Positions 1-6,971 of a stretch of 27,646 nucleotides of DNA are shown here, one piece after another. This DNA comes from Nitrospirota bacterium (lineage in GTDB: Bacteria > Nitrospirota > UBA9217): NCBI GenBank assembly GCA_031427195.1, contig JANPMZ010000239.1, positions 1-27,646 on the forward strand. Reading direction: 5' to 3'. The notes below the pieces were generated by a model. The model ran no database searches. It had not been told where the DNA came from and was given only the letters and a program-made list of their open reading frames with translations. Position 1 is the stretch's first letter. The number at the start of each line of letters is the position of its first letter. The translations under genes were made by a program, and so were the position numbers.

Positions 1-11
1 CAGAAATAGCC

Positions 12-40
12 TTTACACCTTCAGGAGAGTGTGCTATTTT
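12..40 (+). promoter_or_regulatory. Putative sigma70 promoter of acdA (-35 TTTACA, extended -10 TGcTATTTT)
   Basis: TTTACA at 12-17, 17-nt spacer, TG at 32-33, TATTTT at 35-40. The expected TSS (~47) coincides with the ATG at 47. Confidence 0.45.
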
Positions 41-46
41 TTCTCC

Positions 47-1426
47 ATGCGCCACGACCTGCATGAATTCTTCTACCCGAAAACCGTTGCCGTGATCGGC
101 GCCACCGACAATCCGCTGAAGCCCGGCAGGGCGATCCTCGAAAATATGTCTTTTTTTAACGGCGCGGTCTATCCGGTAAATCCAAAGCATACCACGCTGC
201 TCGGCCACCGCTGCTATGCATCGGTCCGCGACGTGCCGGAGGAGCTCGATCTTGCCATTGTCGCGCTTCCGGCGCCGCTCGTGGAACAGGAGATGGCGGA
301 ACTGGGGAACAAGGGCGTCCGCCGGGCCATCATCATCAGCTCAGGCTTTGCCGAAGCCGGAAGCGAGGGCTCGGCCAGGCAGCAGCGGATCGCGGCCCTT
401 GCGCGTCGCTTCAACATCAGGGTGATCGGGCCGAACGCCCTCGGCGTCTATAACACGGACAACGGGCTCGACAGCTTCTTCGTGTCCCGCGAACGCGTGT
501 CCCGTCCCACGACCGGCAAGCTCTCGATCATATCCCAGAGCGGCGCCATTGCCGTAATCCTCATGGAGGCCCTGTCCCGGGACGGCATCGGAATCGCCAA
601 GGCGCTGAACTACGGCAACCGCCTCGACGTGGACGAGGCCGATGCCCTCGATTACCTTGCCGACGACCCGCGGACCGGCGCCGTGGCCATGTACATGGAA
701 TCTGTCAACGACGGCCAAAAATTCCTCAAGGCAGCGAAGACCTTTGGCGCAAAAAAACCGCTGGTTATCTGGAAAGCAGGCAAGCACGAGATGGGCGCAA
801 AAGCCGTGGCTTCCCATACTGCAACACTAGCGGGAACCTATGGGCTTTACCAGGCCGCCTTCCGGCAGGCTGGTGCGGTCGAAGCCTTCGGATTCGACCA
901 CATGATCGATGCTGCAAAGGCCCTGGCGCTCATGGATCATCCGTGCATCGGTGGCCGACTGCTCGTCGTGACAAACGGCGGAGGACTGGCCGTTGCCGCA
1001 TCGGATCAGGCCCAGCTCGAAGGGTTCACCATGCCCGCTATGCCTCAGGCGGCGCGCAAACGGCTTGAACAGGCCTTCCCCTCGTTCTTTGTCACCAGCA
1101 ACCCCATCGACCTTACCGGCAGCGGCAAAAATGAGGACTACTATACAGCGCTTACCGAAGCGCTGCCTCACTACGATGCCGCCGTGGTGATCGTACTGAT
1201 GGGAGCGACCACGGTGACCGGGGAGGCGACCGGGCTCATCGCCCGCGCCTGTCATGAAGCGAAGAAGCCCGTCACCTGCTGCATTCTCCAGGGGCTGGGC
1301 TATACGCGCGAAGCTATGTCGGCTTTGCTTAAGCTGGGCGTACCGGTCTATCCTTCGCCCGAGCGGGCAGTGCGCGCGCTTGCGGCGCTACGGAAGGCGA
1401 CAAGCAGGGGCGCAGGTTCGGAATAA
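47..1426 (+). CDS. acdA: Acetate/acyl-CoA ligase (ADP-forming), alpha subunit
   Basis: CoA-binding N-terminus (PKTVAVIGAT..., VYPVNP), IGPNALG, SQSGA, YGNRLDV, catalytic ASHT motif, TNGGG and NPIDL ligase motifs. The ORF track starts at GTG 29; the in-frame ATG at 47 is preferred. Confidence 0.88.
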   Translation: MRHDLHEFFYPKTVAVIGATDNPLKPGRAILENMSFFNGAVYPVNPKHTTLLGHRCYASVRDVPEELDLAIVALPAPLVEQEMAELGNKGVRRAIIISSGFAEAGSEGSARQQRIAALARRFNIRVIGPNALGVYNTDNGLDSFFVSRERVSRPTTGKLSIISQSGAIAVILMEALSRDGIGIAKALNYGNRLDVDEADALDYLADDPRTGAVAMYMESVNDGQKFLKAAKTFGAKKPLVIWKAGKHEMGAKAVASHTATLAGTYGLYQAAFRQAGAVEAFGFDHMIDAAKALALMDHPCIGGRLLVVTNGGGLAVAASDQAQLEGFTMPAMPQAARKRLEQAFPSFFVTSNPIDLTGSGKNEDYYTALTEALPHYDAAVVIVLMGATTVTGEATGLIARACHEAKKPVTCCILQGLGYTREAMSALLKLGVPVYPSPERAVRALAALRKATSRGAGSE

Positions 1427-1486
1427 AATTACGCTGCAGTTCCGGTTGCCTATTTTTCTAACCCAGGCAAATCGCTAAAGATCTTC

Positions 1487-1557
1487 GACAGGATAACAGG
1501 ATAAAATCTGATAAAACCATTTCATCCCGAGAATCCTGTTAATCCTGTTATCCTGTC
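1487..1557. repeat. REP-like inverted repeat with internally repeated arms
   Basis: GACAGGATAACAGGAT (1487-1502) is the exact reverse complement of ATCCTGTTATCCTGTC (1542-1557). An extra ATCCTGTT unit lies at 1533-1540. Confidence 0.85.
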
Positions 1558-1619
1558 AAAAAAGGTTTGTTTTTACTATCCACGTTGGCGAGAACGTTTA
1601 TTTTAGACTGACTTTATTT

Positions 1620-2324
1620 ATGAGAACTCCAGAAGAAATCATAGCAGGTGCACTGAAAGAAGGACGCTCGACTCTCCTTGAACACGAGGCAAAGGAAGTC
1701 GCTCGCAGCGCGGGGGTCATGGTGCCCCGGTCCGAGGTGGTTGGCCCGGACGATCACGAAGCGATCATGACAGCGGCTGAAAAGCTCGGTTTCCCCCTGG
1801 CGCTCAAGGCCATTTCCGCCGATATACTGCACAAGACCGATGCAGGCGCGGTGATGCTGAACATCGCGAGCAGTGCGGCGCTTTCCGCATCGATACCCAC
1901 AATGAAGAACATGATCGCGGCCAGGACGTCGGGCGCGCTGATCCGGTTTTTTCTGCTGGAGAAGATGATGCCTGCAGGACTGGAACTTTTGATCGGCGGA
2001 TTGCGCGACAAGCAGTTCGGACCCGCGGTTGCCTTTGGGCTCGGCGGCGTCTGGGTCGAGGCGCTTCAGGATGCTGTTTTCGGCATCCTGCCCATGACGC
2101 GGCAGGAGCAGCTCGATATGATCGCCGAAACAAAGGCCGGTGCGTTCATCAAAGGGTTTCGCGGAAGCGCGCCGCTCGATCTGGAGGCTGCGCTCTCGGC
2201 GATCAACGCAGTCTCTTCTCTCCTGACCAGCCATCCCGATATCGTTGAGATCGATCTGAACCCGATCCGGCTGTACGCGAGGAGCGCTGTGGCACTGGAT
2301 GCGAGGATCGTGCTGCGGCGTTAG
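1620..2324 (+). CDS. acdB: Acetate/acyl-CoA ligase (ADP-forming), beta subunit (ATP-grasp)
   Basis: LLEHEAKEV, GFPLALK, LHKTDAGAV, ELLIGGLRDKQFGP, FGLGGVWVE and EIDLNP motifs; 234 aa. Confidence 0.88.
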   Translation: MRTPEEIIAGALKEGRSTLLEHEAKEVARSAGVMVPRSEVVGPDDHEAIMTAAEKLGFPLALKAISADILHKTDAGAVMLNIASSAALSASIPTMKNMIAARTSGALIRFFLLEKMMPAGLELLIGGLRDKQFGPAVAFGLGGVWVEALQDAVFGILPMTRQEQLDMIAETKAGAFIKGFRGSAPLDLEAALSAINAVSSLLTSHPDIVEIDLNPIRLYARSAVALDARIVLRR

Positions 2325-3022
2325 TGTATAGTCCTGACCTTGTTCTCAGAATAGCTGGTCACGACGGTTTTCGAAGGCAGGGCCTCTGTGCCAGAGTAGG
2401 AGTAATACGTCCGCACGAGCTCTACGGGCCGGTCTCCCGGTGCATACATCCGCAGGGACGCGATCCTGCCCTGTTCGTCGTATTCATACCGAGTATAGGA
2501 CACCACGTTCTCCCGGGCATTGACGAGCACCTTCTTCAGCTCACCTGCGGCTTCGGGAATACTTGCCGCAACGCCAACCACGAAACCGACCACGCCTCCG
2601 ACGGCAACGGGTACGAGTTTGACCGTGAGATATCCTGCCAGTGCCTCTACTGACCCGGAAAAACCTTGCATGCCCTGTGTCATGGCCATGCCGCCCTGAA
2701 ACCCCTCACCGGTCCAGTGGTAGATCACCTCCAGGGGCCGCATCATGTCCGGCTTCTCTTCACTGCGCACCAGAATATCGTAAGATTCGACGGCACGGCT
2801 TCCGGCTAACTGCACCACGGTGAACTGTGCGCCGGCTTCCTGAGGACGTTGTTTCAGTCGTTGTCCGAAAAAAGGCCTGCCTTTCACGTCATACTCAACA
2901 CGCGCTAGCATGACAAGCTTCTGCCCGGCATTTCCGGGAAGAGCGCTCAAGGGAAGATCAACGCGATGGGTCATGCAGGCCGTAACGAAAAGAAGGCAAA
3001 GCAGGAGATGTATAGCTTTCAT
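2321..3022 (-). CDS. Hypothetical lipoprotein
   Basis: 233-aa ORF with a signal peptide and lipobox-like VTAC (Cys16), a Gly-rich hydrophobic stretch and a YD-like segment (YEYDEQGRI). Confidence 0.7.
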   Translation of the reverse strand: MKAIHLLLCLLFVTACMTHRVDLPLSALPGNAGQKLVMLARVEYDVKGRPFFGQRLKQRPQEAGAQFTVVQLAGSRAVESYDILVRSEEKPDMMRPLEVIYHWTGEGFQGGMAMTQGMQGFSGSVEALAGYLTVKLVPVAVGGVVGFVVGVAASIPEAAGELKKVLVNARENVVSYTRYEYDEQGRIASLRMYAPGDRPVELVRTYYSYSGTEALPSKTVVTSYSENKVRTIH

Positions 3023-3056
3023 GGCTTGACCTGTTGGTGTACGGGTCTCTTTGACA

Positions 3057-4190
3057 TTATTTCTTTATCAGCTCGATCACCGTCACCTCGGGTGGAGAAA
3101 GAAATCTGATAGGAGGCCCCCAGGTGCCGGTGCCGCGATTCACGTACAGGATCGAGCCATGGTCAAGATCGTATCTGCCTGCGTTCAGGGGATAGAAAAG
3201 CTGGGTCAGCCAGGTAAAGGGGAATAGCTGCCCCTTGTGCGTATGGCCCGACAGCTGAAGGTCGAAGAGACCGAGTGATTCTCGGTCGATAAACGGCTGG
3301 TGCTTCAGCAGTATTGTAAACTTTTCCCGTGCGAGACCCGCAAAAAGCGTCTGCTCCGGCACGGCCTTCCGGAGCTTAAGCTGTACGCCTGTCCGGTCAT
3401 CAACCCCGACCAGCGTGATCGGGCCGCTGATGACCGCCTCGTTGCGCAGCATGGTGAACCCCGATTCCCTGATGAACGCCAGCGCTTTTTCGGCGCCCGC
3501 ATAGTATTCATGGTTTCCCATGATCGCAAATTTGCCATACGTCGGCGTTATCTCACGGAACATCTCGGCAAGCCCGGTCAGGTGGTTTATCTGGGCGTCG
3601 ACCAGATCGCCGGTAACGACCAGAATATCGGGATGGGCAGCCTTGACCGCGGCGAGCATGGGAGCCAACCGCTCGCACCGGTTGATCAGCCCCAGGTGCA
3701 CATCCGAGAGCTGAACGATCGTCAGCCGGTCCGTACCCGCGGGAAGTTTTGCGGTCTCTATCACGAGCCGCTCGGTCCGGATGTCTTTGGCTTCGAAGAA
3801 GCCATAGATACAGATGGACAGAGACAGGCCGATGCTGATCAGAAACGAGGTTTTTCCCGGGATCAACCAAGAGGAGACGCCGAAGTTTACGATCCAGCCA
3901 ACGAGACGGGTGATCTGACCGAGAAGATCGAACAGCAGTGAAGCGCCAAAATAAAAGAACAGCACCGCCATCCAGAGGTACGCAAGGTAGGCCAGCACGC
4001 GTGCTGTAAGCTCGAAGCCATCGCGTTCGACCGTACGGATCAGGATTGGCGCAAGCGTCATCGCCAGCAGGAACAGGGCGAGTGCTATCCCTCCTCCAGG
4101 GCCAAGACCCAGCGCGCCGCGGGTCCGGAAGAACGCATAGACATGCACGCTGCCGTAGATGGCGATAAAGGAGATAAAGAAAAGGGTCAT
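3057..4190 (-). CDS. Membrane-anchored calcineurin-like metallophosphoesterase (YkuE-like)
   Basis: N-terminal hydrophobic helices followed by DxH (SDVHLG), GDxxD (TGDLVD), GNHE, H (LKHQP) and GHTH motifs. Confidence 0.88.
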   Translation of the reverse strand: MTLFFISFIAIYGSVHVYAFFRTRGALGLGPGGGIALALFLLAMTLAPILIRTVERDGFELTARVLAYLAYLWMAVLFFYFGASLLFDLLGQITRLVGWIVNFGVSSWLIPGKTSFLISIGLSLSICIYGFFEAKDIRTERLVIETAKLPAGTDRLTIVQLSDVHLGLINRCERLAPMLAAVKAAHPDILVVTGDLVDAQINHLTGLAEMFREITPTYGKFAIMGNHEYYAGAEKALAFIRESGFTMLRNEAVISGPITLVGVDDRTGVQLKLRKAVPEQTLFAGLAREKFTILLKHQPFIDRESLGLFDLQLSGHTHKGQLFPFTWLTQLFYPLNAGRYDLDHGSILYVNRGTGTWGPPIRFLSPPEVTVIELIKK

Positions 4191-5266
4191 CTGCCGAAAC
4201 TCACCCCCATGCCCTCGGCGATTTTCACGAGCTCACCTTCGGGGTCGACCAGCTTGAGTTTGCTGATCGCCTCCTCAATCGGCACCGAGGTGATGATCGG
4301 CGGCTGATACGAGACCATTTCCCCGAATTTCTTCCGGGCAATCAGCTCCACGGCATGAGCGCCGTAACGTGTGGCAAGAAGCCGGTCAAAAGGACAGGGA
4401 CTGCCTCCGCGCTGCAAATGGCCAAGCACCGTCACCCGTGTTTCAAAACTTGTGCGTTTGCTGATCTCGTTCGCCACGATCTCACCCATACCACCGAGTC
4501 TCAGGACGTATCCGTCCGCCGCTTTCTCGCGCACCGCCATTTCTCCGCCCGCGGGCTTGGCGCCCTCGGCCACCACCACGATGCTCGACTTACTTCCCGC
4601 TTTTTTCCGCTCCAGGAGCCTTTCCGTCACTTTATCGATATTGAACGGGATCTCGGGGATCAGAATAACGTGGGCACTGCCTGACATACCCGCTTCGAGA
4701 GCGATCCATCCGGCATACCTTCCCATCACCTCGAGAATAATGACCCGCTGGTGACTCTCCGCTGTGGTATGGAGCTTGTCGAGCGCTTCAGTCGCCGTAT
4801 CCACGGCGGTCTGGAAACCAAAGGTCACGTGCGTGGCCATCAGGTCGTTGTCGATGGTTTTGGGAACGCCAATCACCGGGACCCCCAGTTTATTGATCCC
4901 GCTGCCGATCTTGAGAGAACCGTCACCGCCGATGACCACGAGACAGTCCAGGCCGAGCTCCCGGATATTGTTGATAACCACCGAAGACATGTCCTCTATG
5001 ATTTCTCTGCCATTCATAACGGTTTTGTGGGCGAAGGGATTGCCCCGATTCGTAGTCCCGAGAATGGTGCCGCCGACGAACAGAATGCCCCGCGTATTCC
5101 ACGAGGTGAGCGGGCGCGTCTTCGTCGGGCTGAGCAGCCCCTCGAACCCGTCCATGATGCCGGTCACTTCCCAGCCATACTTGAAAATGGCCGTTTTCGT
5201 GACCGCGCGGATTACCGCATTAAGACCGGGAGCGTCGCCCCCGCCTGACAGAACGCCGATACGCAT
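4187..5266 (-). CDS. pfkA: 6-phosphofructokinase (PfkA family, group III/mixed-substrate type)
   Basis: GGGDAPGLN, GGTILGTTN, GGDGS, PKTIDND, EVMGRYAG and LGHLQRGG motifs. ATGA overlap with the next gene. Confidence 0.93.
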   Translation of the reverse strand: MRIGVLSGGGDAPGLNAVIRAVTKTAIFKYGWEVTGIMDGFEGLLSPTKTRPLTSWNTRGILFVGGTILGTTNRGNPFAHKTVMNGREIIEDMSSVVINNIRELGLDCLVVIGGDGSLKIGSGINKLGVPVIGVPKTIDNDLMATHVTFGFQTAVDTATEALDKLHTTAESHQRVIILEVMGRYAGWIALEAGMSGSAHVILIPEIPFNIDKVTERLLERKKAGSKSSIVVVAEGAKPAGGEMAVREKAADGYVLRLGGMGEIVANEISKRTSFETRVTVLGHLQRGGSPCPFDRLLATRYGAHAVELIARKKFGEMVSYQPPIITSVPIEEAISKLKLVDPEGELVKIAEGMGVSFGR

Positions 5267-5297
5267 GATTGCCTCCTGATAGAATTAGGTCATGGTG

Positions 5298-5368
5298 AAG
5301 TAGCAAGGGGCAAGTAGCAAGGTAAGGACACGCCAATTGCCGTCCTTGCTACTTGCTACTGGCTACTT
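5298..5368. repeat. Inverted repeat built from 7-nt units (AAGTAGC / GCTACTT)
   Basis: Left arm AAGTAGC-AAGGGGC-AAGTAGC-AAGGT-AAGGAC; right arm GTCCTT-GCTACTT-GCTACTG-GCTACTT. Perfect 12-bp pairing of 5311-5322 with 5344-5355. Confidence 0.85.
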
Positions 5369-5379
5369 GACCCTCTGTG

Positions 5380-6213
5380 TTAAATTCCCAAAAGCTTCGC
5401 GCCGCCTGCGCTTGCGATCGCAATCACCATTTCGTGCGCAATGCCCGCCTGCTCGAACAGCTCGATTTCGGCATCGTAAACCGCGCGATAGGCCGGCTCG
5501 GGCAGCACGCAATCCGTACCCACGGCGAGCGGGACGCCGATCGAATGAGCATAACGCAGCATCGAAAGCTGAGACAGAATCAGTTGATCGACGAACTGAG
5601 TTGTATCAGGCGCCGCGGACACTCCCGCAGAGCGCCGCAAGGCGACCAGGGTCGGCACCCAGAAAATGCCCTTCGCAGCCATGAGGTCAAGCGCCCGTTC
5701 CGTCATGAAAAACCCGTGCTCGATGGATCGCACGCCTGCCGAAGCAGCCGCAAGGATCGCCTGCTCCCCGTTTGCATGCGCCATGACCCCGAGGCCTTGC
5801 GCGGCAGCCACGGTCACGATGCATGCCAGTTCTTCATTGCTGAACCCGCCTGCGGTTACCTTGCCGGGATGCTTGAAGCTTACCATGCCTGACGCCATGG
5901 CTTTGATTATACCAGCTCCAGCGCGCTTCAGGCGGCGGATCTCGGCCTGTATCTGGTCCGGTGCTAAGACCGCTACGCCGAAAGCGGAGCCATACCCGCC
6001 TTGGCGATACAACGCCCAGCCGCTGGAGACCACGACCGGACCGGACCCGCCCTTTGGGGGCTTGATGATGCCGCGTTCGATATTCTGCCTGAAGCCGGCA
6101 TCGCGAAGCGCACTGATCCCGGCAGAAGCGGCGCAATCAAACCCCGATGCATCCTTAAGGTGCACATGGGCATCAACGAGGCCGGTAATGGTTAGGGCTG
6201 TTTGAGAGGACAT
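5380..6213 (-). CDS. Metal-dependent amidohydrolase (short form)
   Basis: DAHVH (HxH), GIIKAMASG (Lys), MAHANG, IEHG and VGTD metal-ligand motifs; 277 aa. Confidence 0.85.
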   Translation of the reverse strand: MSSQTALTITGLVDAHVHLKDASGFDCAASAGISALRDAGFRQNIERGIIKPPKGGSGPVVVSSGWALYRQGGYGSAFGVAVLAPDQIQAEIRRLKRAGAGIIKAMASGMVSFKHPGKVTAGGFSNEELACIVTVAAAQGLGVMAHANGEQAILAAASAGVRSIEHGFFMTERALDLMAAKGIFWVPTLVALRRSAGVSAAPDTTQFVDQLILSQLSMLRYAHSIGVPLAVGTDCVLPEPAYRAVYDAEIELFEQAGIAHEMVIAIASAGGAKLLGI

Positions 6214-6229
6214 AGTAAGCGCTCAAAGG

Positions 6230-6925
6230 CTACGGACCGATCATTCCCTTATCGCGAAAACTGAAGTGCGTACCGTCGCCGATGATGATGTGGTCGAGAA
6301 CCCGGATGCCGAGCACCTCGCCGGCCTGCACCAGCCGTTTCGTGAGCAAAATATCTTCCTGGCTCGGCCGGGTATCGCCGCTCGGATGGTTATGGATGAA
6401 GATGACCGCGGCGGCTGATTCCCTGATGGCGGCTTTGAATGTCTCGCGCGGGTGGACGATGGATGCCGAGAGGCTCCCGACCGAGACCTCTTCGTTCCGA
6501 ATGATCTTGTTCTTGCTGTCAAGCAGGGCGCAGTGAAAGACCTCTTTCTTAAGGTCCTTCATGCGCGGCTGGTAATAGCTGATGACGTCATCGCAGGAAC
6601 AGAACGACTCACCGGTGAGCGACGGCAGCTGATACCGCTTCCCGATCTCGATAGCCGCCTTGATCTCGGCGGCCTTTGCCGGTCCGATACCGGGAACCTT
6701 GCGAATCTCATCAATACTCGCCTGGCCAAGCCCCGCAAGACCATCGAAGCGCGCGAGCAGTTCCATGCAGAGATCAAGCGCGGTCCGGCCCGCTTTTCCG
6801 TTCCTGATGATGATCGCGAGCAGGTGGGCATCCGACAATGACGAGGGGCCATGGGCGATCAGCCGTTCGCGCGGCCGCTCGTCTACGGGCCAGTTTTTTA
6901 CCGTTTTTCCGAACTCATTGGCCAT
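6230..6925 (-). CDS. radC: RadC (UPF0758) JAB-domain protein
   Basis: ERPRERL, LSDAHLLAII, HhH GIGPAKA, VHPRETF and HNHPSGD..PS.ED motifs. Confidence 0.93.
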   Translation of the reverse strand: MANEFGKTVKNWPVDERPRERLIAHGPSSLSDAHLLAIIIRNGKAGRTALDLCMELLARFDGLAGLGQASIDEIRKVPGIGPAKAAEIKAAIEIGKRYQLPSLTGESFCSCDDVISYYQPRMKDLKKEVFHCALLDSKNKIIRNEEVSVGSLSASIVHPRETFKAAIRESAAAVIFIHNHPSGDTRPSQEDILLTKRLVQAGEVLGIRVLDHIIIGDGTHFSFRDKGMIGP

Positions 6926-6940
6926 AGGTATGGTCCCCCT

Positions 6941-6970
6941 GAAAACATCCGCTTATGAAGTGAGGATGTT
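6941..6970 (-). terminator. Possible weak intrinsic terminator or processing hairpin after the HD-GYP gene
   Basis: AACATCC (6944-6950) / GGATGTT (6964-6970) 7-bp stem; on the minus strand it runs into only a short U tract (UUUUC). Confidence 0.3.
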
Positions 6971-6971
6971 C

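Noticed and set aside
29-46. GTG 29 as the acdA start
   Set aside because: The SD-like sequence is only 1 nt away, the added residues (MCYFFS) are atypical, and the region fits a -10 box.
47-2324. Protein lysine acetyltransferase (Pat/YfiQ) or succinyl-CoA synthetase
   Set aside because: There is no GNAT domain, the catalytic His is retained, and the subunit sizes and domain split fit ACD rather than SucCD.
1487-5368. CRISPR array or IS ends suggested by the two repeats
   Set aside because: They are inverted, unrelated to each other, have no spacers, and no cas or transposase gene is present.
6230-6925. radC as a marker of an integrative element
   Set aside because: It is the full-length chromosomal type with an N-terminal HhH region, and no integrase, att site or other mobile genes are nearby.
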